The translations under genes and the position numbers were made by a program. 64,000 nt of DNA from Acidobacteriota bacterium (GTDB lineage Bacteria; Acidobacteriota; UBA890; WLXD01): the NCBI GenBank assembly GCA_965248695.1, contig CBDFKD010000002.1, positions 4,128,001 through 4,192,000 on the forward strand, written 5' to 3'. Position 1 is the first letter of the stretch. Each line of letters begins with the position of its first letter. Below the pieces are notes generated by a model. That model made no database searches and was not told the origin of the DNA. It saw nothing but the letters and a program-made list of their open reading frames with translations. Positions 48,740 to 57,294 of the stretch are shown one piece after another.

Positions 48740-51700
48740 ATGTCGTCAGGTAAGCCGGGAATCATGGACCGAGTGGCGCTGCGCCTCGCGGATACGGTGC
48801 TGGCGCACCCGTGGAAGGTCGTGGCGATCACGCTCCTCTTGGTCGCGGCGGCCGGCGGCGGAGCACGCCATCTCGAGTTCGCCAACAACTATCGCGTCTT
48901 CTTCAGTCCGGAGAATCCGGAGCTGGTGGCCTTCGAGGAGTTCCAGGCCACGTATACGAAGAACGACAACATCCTGTTCGTGCTGCAGCCCTCGGACGGC
49001 GACGTGTTCGCTCCCGAGTTGCTGTCGGACATCGAGTGGCTGACCGCCGAGGCTTGGCAGATTCCCTACGCCATTCGGGTCGATTCGGTGACCAACTTTC
49101 AGCACAGCTGGGCCGATGGCGACGAGCTTACGGTCGAGGACCTCGTTCGAGACGCACCCTCGATGTCGGTCGGCGAGCTGTCTAGGCGCCGGGGAATTGC
49201 GCTCGCAGAACCGCTCCTGCGCGACAACCTACTGTCGCCCGATGCTCGTACCACTGGCGTAAACGTCACGCTCCAGTACCCGGAGGAAAGCCTCACGGAG
49301 GTACCCGCTGCGGTCGGCCATGCGCGTGATCTCGCCCGGCAGCTCCGCGCCCGGCAGCCTGGGCTTACGGTTGCCCTTAGCGGCGTGTCGATGCTCAACA
49401 ACGCATTCGCCGAGGCCGGCGAGCAGGATGCCATGTCGCTGATGCCGGCGATGTTCCTGGTGCTGGTGGTCTTCATGCTGCTGGTGCTGCGCAGCCTCGC
49501 CGGGACCGCCGGCACGCTTGCCGTGATCGCCTTTGCCACCGTCACCGCCCTGGGACTGGCCGGTTACGCGGGGCTGAAGCTCAATCCGATCTCTGTCACC
49601 GCGGCAGTCATCATCATGACGCTCAGTCTGGCCGACAGCGTCCATGTGGTGGTGACGGTTCGCCAGATGCTGTCCGAGGGCAAGTCCAAGATCGATGCGT
49701 TGCGTGAGTCGTTGCGCGTCAACCTGGTAGCGCTGATCGTCACCAGCGTCACCACCATCATCGGGTTCCTGGCGCTCAATTTCTCGGATGCTCCGCCGTT
49801 CCGGGACATGGGAAATATCACCGCGGTCGGTATCGCGGCGGCGCTGCTGTACTCGGTGGTGTTCCTGCCGGCGTTCTTGAGCCTGGTTCCGCTCCGCGCC
49901 CCTGCTCCGTCCAGTACGCGGCGCGGGCTGGCAGCGCCGCTCGGCGCGCTCGTCATCCGAAGGCACCGAGTGGTGCTCACCACGATGGTCATCTTGGCGG
50001 TGGCGCTGATCGCGATGGTGCCGCTGATCGATCTGAACGACGAATTCGTCAAGTACTTCGACTATCGCGTCGAGTTCCGTGGCGATGCCGAGTGGGGCAT
50101 GGAGAACCTCAACGGTATCTACCTCATCGAGTACTCGGTGGAGGCCGATGGCCCGGAGGGGGTCAGCGATCCTGTCTATCTGGCGAACCTCGAGCGCTTC
50201 ACGGGTTGGCTGCGGCAGCAGCCCGAAGTGCAGCACGTGTACAGCTACACCGACGTCATCAAGCGGCTCAACAAGAACATGCACGGCGACGATGACGGCT
50301 GGTACCGGATGCCGGGCGACAGGCAGCTTGGTGCTCAGTACCTGCTGCTGTACGAACTGTCGTTGCCGTATGGGCTCGATCTGAACGACCGCATCAGCAT
50401 CGACAAGTCGGCCACGCGGGTAACCGCCACGGTCGGCGACCTGCCCACCAGCGCGATCCGCGAGCTACTCGATCGCTCGAAGAACTGGCTGCGGGCCGAA
50501 ACGCCGGCGTACATGCACGCAGAGCCCACCGGCGCCTCTGTGATGTTCGCGTACATCTCACAGCGCAACATCGAGAGCATGCTGGGCGGCAACGTGGTGG
50601 CGGTGCTGTTGATCTCGGCGGTCATCATGCTGGCGTTGCGGAGCGTATCGATCGGCGCCCTCAGCCTGATCCCCAACGCGGTTCCCATTCTGATGACCTT
50701 CGGCGTGTGGGCGCTGTTGGTGGGGCAGGTTGGAATGGCCGCTGCAATCGTCTCGGCCACCTCGCTAGGGATCGTCGTCGACGACTCGGTGCACTTCCTC
50801 ACCAAGTACTTGCGAGCGCGCCGCGAGAAGGGCCTCGATCAGGCCGACGCAGTGCGCTACGCCTTCGATACCGTTGGCCGCGCCATCGTCAGCACCACCG
50901 TGATTCTGTCGTTCGGGTTCGCTGTGTTGGCGTTCTCGAGCTTTCGCATCAACGCGCAGATGGGCCTGCTGACCGCCATCGCGGTGCTGCTTGCCCTGGT
51001 AACCGACCTGTTGCTACTTCCGGCCCTTCTATTGATCGGCCACGAATCGACTGCAAAGGAGACCGACATGACCACCTCATCGACGAACTGGCGTTTCGGC
51101 GGAGCAACGACGGCGCTCGCCGTGGTCGCGTTGCTCGGCGCTGGCACTTCCGTTGCCTACGCTCAGAACACCACAGACCCGATCAACAGTCCTGGCAGGA
51201 CGCCGACCGCGGCCGAGAAGGGTTACCAAATCGCGGCGCGCGCCGACCGCAGCGATCGAGGCTATCTGGACAGCGACGTCGAGCTGACCATGCTGCTGCG
51301 CAACGCTGCCGGCAAGGAGACGACGCGGGTGCTGCGGATTCGTACCCTCGAGGTCCCGCAGGACGACCTCGGCGATCGCAGCCTGGTGGTCTTCGACAGC
51401 CCGGCCGACATCGAGGGCACGGCTTTGCTGTCGCACGCCAAGATCCTCGATCCCGATGACCAGTGGCTCTACCTGCCGGCGCTCAAGCGCGTGAAGCGGA
51501 TCTCCTCGGTGAACAAGTCCGGTCCGTTCGTCGGCAGCGAGTTCGCTTTCGAGGATTTCACCGCACTGGAGCTCGAGAAGTACGAGTATCTCTTCGTTGG
51601 CCAGGAGCGCTGTGGCGAGCTCACCTGCGACGTTCTCGAACGAACGCCGCGCTACGAGTACTCGGGCTATACGAAGCAGGTTTCGTGGGTCGACCAGCGC

Positions 51701-51931
51701 GATTTCCAGATCCGCAAGGTCGACTTCTACGGGCGCCGCGGTGAGTTGCTCAAGACCCTCGAGCTGACTGACTACCGGCGGTACGACGGTGCGTACTGGC
51801 GACCGCACCTGATGCGGATGGTCAACCATCAGACCGGCAAGTCGACCGATCTGAACTACACCGACTACCGCTTCGGCAACGGGCTCGGGGAGTCCGACTT
51901 CGTGCGCGGCGCCCTGCAGCGGTTGCGATAG
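48740..51931 (+). CDS. MMPL/RND transporter fused in frame to a LolA-like lipoprotein-sorting domain
   Basis: TLSLADSVH and LGIVVDDSVHF RND motifs; after residue ~776 a signal-like segment and DDQWLYLPALKRVKRI, GPFVGSEFAFED. Confidence 0.88.
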   Translation: MSSGKPGIMDRVALRLADTVLAHPWKVVAITLLLVAAAGGGARHLEFANNYRVFFSPENPELVAFEEFQATYTKNDNILFVLQPSDGDVFAPELLSDIEWLTAEAWQIPYAIRVDSVTNFQHSWADGDELTVEDLVRDAPSMSVGELSRRRGIALAEPLLRDNLLSPDARTTGVNVTLQYPEESLTEVPAAVGHARDLARQLRARQPGLTVALSGVSMLNNAFAEAGEQDAMSLMPAMFLVLVVFMLLVLRSLAGTAGTLAVIAFATVTALGLAGYAGLKLNPISVTAAVIIMTLSLADSVHVVVTVRQMLSEGKSKIDALRESLRVNLVALIVTSVTTIIGFLALNFSDAPPFRDMGNITAVGIAAALLYSVVFLPAFLSLVPLRAPAPSSTRRGLAAPLGALVIRRHRVVLTTMVILAVALIAMVPLIDLNDEFVKYFDYRVEFRGDAEWGMENLNGIYLIEYSVEADGPEGVSDPVYLANLERFTGWLRQQPEVQHVYSYTDVIKRLNKNMHGDDDGWYRMPGDRQLGAQYLLLYELSLPYGLDLNDRISIDKSATRVTATVGDLPTSAIRELLDRSKNWLRAETPAYMHAEPTGASVMFAYISQRNIESMLGGNVVAVLLISAVIMLALRSVSIGALSLIPNAVPILMTFGVWALLVGQVGMAAAIVSATSLGIVVDDSVHFLTKYLRARREKGLDQADAVRYAFDTVGRAIVSTTVILSFGFAVLAFSSFRINAQMGLLTAIAVLLALVTDLLLLPALLLIGHESTAKETDMTTSSTNWRFGGATTALAVVALLGAGTSVAYAQNTTDPINSPGRTPTAAEKGYQIAARADRSDRGYLDSDVELTMLLRNAAGKETTRVLRIRTLEVPQDDLGDRSLVVFDSPADIEGTALLSHAKILDPDDQWLYLPALKRVKRISSVNKSGPFVGSEFAFEDFTALELEKYEYLFVGQERCGELTCDVLERTPRYEYSGYTKQVSWVDQRDFQIRKVDFYGRRGELLKTLELTDYRRYDGAYWRPHLMRMVNHQTGKSTDLNYTDYRFGNGLGESDFVRGALQRLR

Positions 51932-51971
51932 CAGCGCGCCGAGCAAGCGCAGGTAGCAGAGGGTTCGTCCG

Positions 51972-53162
51972 ATGCGATTCGCGACACTCATGGTCGCCGC
52001 CGGCGCCGTCCTCCTGGGCGGCGTCGGTGAGGCGACGGCACAGGGGTTCGATCTCAGCGGCTTTGCGGCCTTCGAGCCGCGACTGTTCGTGCAGTCGCCG
52101 CAGACCGAGCTCCAGTTCTCGGGCCTGCAGCTGTCGGGGCTGCTGGTCCCGGAGATTGGCTACCGGACCTCCGATCGTCAGCACCAGTTCAAGCTGTCGC
52201 CGTTCGTTCGTGTCGACTCACGCGACGACGAGCGCACGCACTTCGACCTGCGGGAGGCCTACTGGCGCACCGTCCAGGGTGACTGGGAGGTCCTGACGGG
52301 CTTCAACACATTCTTCTGGGGCGTTACCGAGTCGCGCCACCTGGTCGACGTGATCAACCAGACGGACGCGCTCGAGGACATCGACGACGAGGACAAGCTC
52401 GGCCAGGCGATGGTGAACGTCGGCTGGCAGCGCGACTGGGGTCGTCTCGACGCATTCCTGCTGCTGGGGTTCCGCGAGCGGAGGTTCGCAGCTCCGGAAG
52501 GTCGTCCCGGTCTACCGCTGCCGATCCGTCGGCGGGGGCGCTTTCCGGATGGCCGGCGCGATGTCGATCTGGCGTTGCGCTATTCACACTACCTGGGCGA
52601 CTGGGATGTCGGGGTGCATCTGTTCCGCGGCACGAGCCGCGAGCCAGCCTTCGTTGTCGGCGACGACGGAGCCTCGTTGGTGCCGACGTATCGCAACATC
52701 AACCAGGCAGGGTTGGATCTGCAGTACACCCGGGGCGCATGGCTATGGAAGCTGGAAGGCATTGTTCGCGAGGGCGAGGGGAGGACGTTCGGCGCAGCCG
52801 TAGCCGGTTTCGAGTACACGCTGTATCAACTCGGCGGAGGTGCTGCCGACCTCGGCCTGTTGGCGGAGTTTCTGGTCGACGGCCGCGATGCCAGCGCTCC
52901 TGTCACGCCCTTCGATCACGATCTGTTCGTCGGCGGACGCCTGGCCCTGAACGACGTGCAGGACGCCCAGGTACTCGCCGGCGCGGTGATCGATGTTCAG
53001 GATGGCTCCACCGCGGTGCGTGTCGAGGCGGAGCGGCGTATCTCCGATCATCTGGATCTGGAGCTCGAGGGCCGGTTTTTCATTGGCGTTGACCCATTCA
53101 ACAGCCTGCGGCCATTCCACCGCGACAGCTTCTTGAACCTGAGGCTGTACTGGTTCTTCTGA
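51972..53162 (+). CDS. Predicted outer-membrane beta-barrel partner of the MMPL/LolA-like system
   Basis: Signal peptide, DLREAYW, FWGVTESRHLVDVINQTD, WLWKLE, terminal YWFF. Confidence 0.8.
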   Translation: MRFATLMVAAGAVLLGGVGEATAQGFDLSGFAAFEPRLFVQSPQTELQFSGLQLSGLLVPEIGYRTSDRQHQFKLSPFVRVDSRDDERTHFDLREAYWRTVQGDWEVLTGFNTFFWGVTESRHLVDVINQTDALEDIDDEDKLGQAMVNVGWQRDWGRLDAFLLLGFRERRFAAPEGRPGLPLPIRRRGRFPDGRRDVDLALRYSHYLGDWDVGVHLFRGTSREPAFVVGDDGASLVPTYRNINQAGLDLQYTRGAWLWKLEGIVREGEGRTFGAAVAGFEYTLYQLGGGAADLGLLAEFLVDGRDASAPVTPFDHDLFVGGRLALNDVQDAQVLAGAVIDVQDGSTAVRVEAERRISDHLDLELEGRFFIGVDPFNSLRPFHRDSFLNLRLYWFF

Positions 53163-53235
53163 GCCACTGGCTCGCTCCATCGCGCGCGCTACGCGAAGGT
53201 TGACGGGCAGCTAGCGTGCCGCACGCGGCCCGTAG

Positions 53236-55851
53236 CTACCGGCCGGGACCCAGCAGCACGGCGTTGATGAACAGCAACTGGGTGGCCTCGGCGTAGGCGC
53301 GGTAGTTGGGGTCCTCGGCGAAGGCGATGATCTGCCCGCGTCCGACCGGTTGATGGATGAGGAACGCCTTGCTGGCGAGCTGCGGACGGGCCTCCTCCCA
53401 CACCATGCCGCTGAGCACGAGATCGTCGATCTCGGCGTAGCGACCAACGTTCGTTCCGTCGTCCAGCTTCACGGGGCGGAACACCCGCGTACCCTCGACG
53501 ACGACGCCGATCTCTCCGTCGGTGCCGGCGGTGAGCCAGTGGTCGGTGTCGAGGATCACCTTCAGAATCGCTCCCGGGACGGACTCGGGCGATTCGTCTT
53601 CCGGCACGATCTCGTCGAGATAGTCGATCGGCTGGTCGGGCGTGTCGTCGTCGGATGGGTCGTCGCCCTCGGCGTGGCCACCGCGGCGCTCCGCGACAGA
53701 GGCCAGCAGCTCGGCGCTCGTTGCCCAGCGGCTGGATTCTGCCAGCGTGATGAGGGTTCCTCCCTGACGCATCCAGCGGCGCAGCGCGTCAAGCAGCCCC
53801 GAGCCCACCGAGCTTCCGTAGTCGCCGCTCGGAAAGACGACCACATCGAAATCGTCGAGCAGAACGCGTCCGAGGCTCGAGGCCCGCACTGCCGTCGTGC
53901 GTACCCCGTAGCGGCGCTCGAGGATGTAGCGAGCCCAACCGGCCGAGAGCGTGCTGGCTGGACGGTCGTAGACTAGCAGCACACGCGGATCCCGCAGCGC
54001 CGAGACGCGACGGCTGCCAAGGGACATGCCTTCGCGCACGTAGGAATCGTCGATCGCAACGACCTCTGCATGGTGATCGGCCGCGATCCGGCCCAGGCGT
54101 TGTCTGAGGTCCGGTCCGTTCTCGGTCGTTCGGACAATGGCCGTTCCGACCGGGTAGTCGCGATCACCGAGGGTGAACGTGCCGCCGGCCGAGCGTATGC
54201 GGATGCCTTCGCGCAGCGCTTCGACCACCGTTGACGCCGCGTTCGTGCCCCAGGGGATCAGGTACCCGACCTGGGCCGGCGGTAGCGTCGGATCGGTTGC
54301 CGTTGCGACTGGCTCCCGGGGGACCACCGCCCCCGCCGCGCCGGTCGCCGCATCCGCCTCCAGCACCTCCACATCCCACAGCAGCGATTGGCTCCACGCC
54401 GTCAGGTCGTAGATCTCGTCGCGCTGGCGCCGGGCACGACGCTCCAGCTGCCGGGCGATGAAGTCCTCGTCCATCGGCACGTGAGCATCCAGCAGATTGT
54501 GCGCGAAGCGATGCGTCGGCTGCGCCATCGGCACGATGTAGGTACCCGTCGCCGGCAACGTGCGGTCGCCAACCGTGACTTCCCCGGCCGCCTCGCGCAC
54601 CTCGATTCCGTTGCTTGCAAGCATATGCCCGAGGCGCGCTGCCATGCCGGGGTCGTGCGCCGAGTGCAGCACCAGCTCCGCCGGACCCTGCTGGCCGAGC
54701 TCGATGCCCTCGCGGCGGAACTCCAGGTAGTCGCGCAGGATCTGTTCGCGGTTCGTCGCCGCGGTCGCGGCGCTGGCGATCGCTGCGGTGAAGTGGTGCA
54801 GCACGCCGTCGCCGTAGGTCAGTAGGTCGCCGTCGGAGCGCTTCAGCACCAGCGACCGCGCCGACGCTTGCTCGTACGTCATGCCGAGCGCGCCATGGTT
54901 CATCGGCCACATGTCGACATAGCCGGGATAGAACAGGTCGTACACGTCGCGGTTGAAGTAAGCGAAGCCGCGGCGATCGAAAGCGGTCGCGTTGGCGCGG
55001 CCGAAGACGTCCATCAGGGCGATCTGACGCTCGCCGTACCAGGGGTTGGACGGCGGCGCGGTGGGCGGGAAGAAGTAGGTAGCATCGCCGCCCATCTCGT
55101 GCAGGTCGACGACGATCTGCGGCCAGAAGTCGAGGAACACGCCCACCTTGCCGCGGGTCTCGGGCTGGCTCTGGATGAACAGGTCGCGGTTGAGATCGAA
55201 CAGATAGTGGTTGCCCCGACCGCCCGGCCACGGCTCGTCGTGTTCGGCAGAATACGCCGCCGGGTCTGGCCAGCGTGCCCCTCCCATCTCGTTCTGATGT
55301 ACGAAGCGCGCCCGGCCGTCCGGGTTCTCCGCCGGGTCGATCAGCACCAGCGACTCCGACAGGATCAGGTCGACGGTGGCATCACCCTGTGCCGCCAGCA
55401 GATGGTAGGCCTCGGCCATGGCGGCGCCGTTGGAGCTGATCTCGTTGCCGTGCACGCCGTGCATCAGCGCGGTCACCACCGGCAGCCGGGCAATGAGCTC
55501 GGTGGCCTCAGCCTCCGAAAGATCACCTGGGTAGGCGAGTCGCCGCAAGTCGGCCTTGATCTCGTCGAGCCGCGCGATGCGCTCCGGCGAGCCAATGATC
55601 ATGACGACGAGGGGCCGCCCCTCCCAGCTTTCGGCGTACTGAATCAGCCGGGTACGTTCCGGCGCCACCGCCGCGAGCGTCTCCAAATAGAGCATGATGT
55701 CGTCGGGAGACGTGATCTCTTCGCGGAACTCGTGACCGACGACGTTCTCGAGCGTCGGGATAGCGGGGTCGTAGCGCGTGCCCGGTGCAAGCTCTTCCTG
55801 GGCCGGGACGATGATCTGGAGGGCCGCGATGAGAGCAACGGATCTGAGCAT
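53236..55851 (-). CDS. M14 zinc carboxypeptidase with C-terminal GATase-like domain
   Basis: HGVHGNE, NPDGR, NHYLFDLNRD, DLHEMG, YEQAS. Confidence 0.9.
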   Translation of the reverse strand: MLRSVALIAALQIIVPAQEELAPGTRYDPAIPTLENVVGHEFREEITSPDDIMLYLETLAAVAPERTRLIQYAESWEGRPLVVMIIGSPERIARLDEIKADLRRLAYPGDLSEAEATELIARLPVVTALMHGVHGNEISSNGAAMAEAYHLLAAQGDATVDLILSESLVLIDPAENPDGRARFVHQNEMGGARWPDPAAYSAEHDEPWPGGRGNHYLFDLNRDLFIQSQPETRGKVGVFLDFWPQIVVDLHEMGGDATYFFPPTAPPSNPWYGERQIALMDVFGRANATAFDRRGFAYFNRDVYDLFYPGYVDMWPMNHGALGMTYEQASARSLVLKRSDGDLLTYGDGVLHHFTAAIASAATAATNREQILRDYLEFRREGIELGQQGPAELVLHSAHDPGMAARLGHMLASNGIEVREAAGEVTVGDRTLPATGTYIVPMAQPTHRFAHNLLDAHVPMDEDFIARQLERRARRQRDEIYDLTAWSQSLLWDVEVLEADAATGAAGAVVPREPVATATDPTLPPAQVGYLIPWGTNAASTVVEALREGIRIRSAGGTFTLGDRDYPVGTAIVRTTENGPDLRQRLGRIAADHHAEVVAIDDSYVREGMSLGSRRVSALRDPRVLLVYDRPASTLSAGWARYILERRYGVRTTAVRASSLGRVLLDDFDVVVFPSGDYGSSVGSGLLDALRRWMRQGGTLITLAESSRWATSAELLASVAERRGGHAEGDDPSDDDTPDQPIDYLDEIVPEDESPESVPGAILKVILDTDHWLTAGTDGEIGVVVEGTRVFRPVKLDDGTNVGRYAEIDDLVLSGMVWEEARPQLASKAFLIHQPVGRGQIIAFAEDPNYRAYAEATQLLFINAVLLGPGR

Positions 55852-55999
55852 GAGGGGCTTCACCTGATTCGCGTAGACGGGATGGCGGCGGCGGTGAGCT
55901 CGCCGGTGTCGGAGACTAGCGCACTGTGTGTCGTGCCGCACCAACTCTGCGAACAGACGACGATCGGCGAGGGTCCCGGCTCCTGCGGCCTGCGAACGG

Positions 56000-56465
56000 C
56001 TAGTTTTCTCTTGCCCGCTCGCTCACCCAGGTTTCGAATAGTTGGATCGTCTCGACGCTGAGCGGCTCGCCGATCAGCGGCATGCGTGAGCCGATAATGC
56101 CGATTCCACGGATCTTGCGGATGAGATAACTGTCGGCCGGGCTCTTCGGCTCGATGCGAAATAGATCCGGGCGTTCGAGGCTGGTCACGTGCACGATCTG
56201 ATCAAAGGCGCGGCCAGCACTGAGGTCCAGGTCCTGAACCGGGACCGCACCGGCGTGACATCCGGAGAGCGCACACCTGGAGGTAAGCACCGGCTGCAGG
56301 TCGCTGCTGAAGCTGACCGTCGAAGGCCCGACGTCGGGACGCACTCGCAGGGCCGCGACCAGGTCGACGACCTGTCCATCGATCCCGACCAGACGGAGGG
56401 AGATCTCATTTCCTGCAGGCGGCGCCGACGGGACGATGCGCCTCGTCCACGTTGACGACGCGGCG
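56000..56465 (-). pseudogene. C-terminal remnant (or small gene from 56344) with CxxxxCH heme-like domain
   Basis: VSFSSDLQPVL..RCALSGCHAG...SYLIRKI...RMPL.GEPL...WV..GA-like; reading frame extends upstream without start codon or signal peptide. Confidence 0.55.
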
Positions 56466-56549
56466 TGAGCTCAACCCTCGCGACGTAGCCTCGTCACCGG
56501 ATCGGTCTGCTGTTCGTTACGGCCGATTCAGCGCTCAGATGTCGTGGCG

Positions 56550-56966
56550 CTAGCGACGATCATCGGTGGGATCGCGGAGCGTGAGTTGCGAGAAATACGA
56601 ACCGTAGAACCCACGATCGCGGGTCAGCAGGCAGTCGGCCGTCGTGGCGGCGTGCGCGCCGATCAGGAAGTCGGCGATCATCCGCTTGCGGCTGCCGCCG
56701 CGTCGCCGGTAATCGCGCCAGAGTCTGCCGGCCTCGAGGGCCGCAGCCTCGTCGAGGGGAACGAAGCGCACCCCGAGTCGTCGCATCGCGTCGGCGGCTG
56801 CCTGTGGGGCGGGGAATGTCGCGCCCAGCTCGGCCCAGACCACGTCGCATGCGATCAAACCGCCGGCAAGCATCGCCTCTCGAAGCGCGCGGCGCGATGC
56901 GCTGAGGAATCGCTCATCGGCAGTGAACACGTCAAGCAGAACGTTGGTGTCGACAGCGGTGATCAC
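56550..56966 (-). CDS. vapC: VapC PIN-domain toxin
   Basis: TAVDTNVLLD, WAEL, ADFLIGAHA, LLTRD. Confidence 0.95.
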   Translation of the reverse strand: MITAVDTNVLLDVFTADERFLSASRRALREAMLAGGLIACDVVWAELGATFPAPQAAADAMRRLGVRFVPLDEAAALEAGRLWRDYRRRGGSRKRMIADFLIGAHAATTADCLLTRDRGFYGSYFSQLTLRDPTDDRR

Positions 56967-57193
56967 GTGATGTCCAAGTCGCCTCTTAGCTGGTCCATCA
57001 GCATGTCGGTGGAGAGGTCGAGCCGCAGGATTCCGGTCACGCTTTCGAGCGGATCTTCCTGTAGGTCCTTGACGGCCACGATGCGGCCGTTCTCTTCATG
57101 CACCTCCAGCACCTGCCCGGGGCGGATGCCGAGCCGTTCACGGACTCGCTTGGGAATGGTGATTTGACCGCGCTCGGTTACACGTGTCTTCAT
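56963..57193 (-). CDS. vapB: AbrB/MazE-type antitoxin
   Basis: MKTRVTERGQITIPKRVRERLGIRPG; GTGA overlap with toxin. Confidence 0.93.
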   Translation of the reverse strand: MKTRVTERGQITIPKRVRERLGIRPGQVLEVHEENGRIVAVKDLQEDPLESVTGILRLDLSTDMLMDQLRGDLDIT

Positions 57194-57199
57194 ACCAAG

Positions 57200-57228
57200 A
57201 AGATACGAATTCGTGGAACAAAAATCAA
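57200..57228 (-). promoter_or_regulatory. vapBC promoter TTGATT-N17-TATCTT with ACGAATTCGT palindrome
   Basis: AT-rich; ATG 6 nt after -10 (leaderless-like). Confidence 0.7.
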
Positions 57229-57294
57229 ATCTGTAGATCGCTCACCCGACGCTTGCCAGCCACGACCAGCGCGGGGGGACGGTGACGCTATGGA

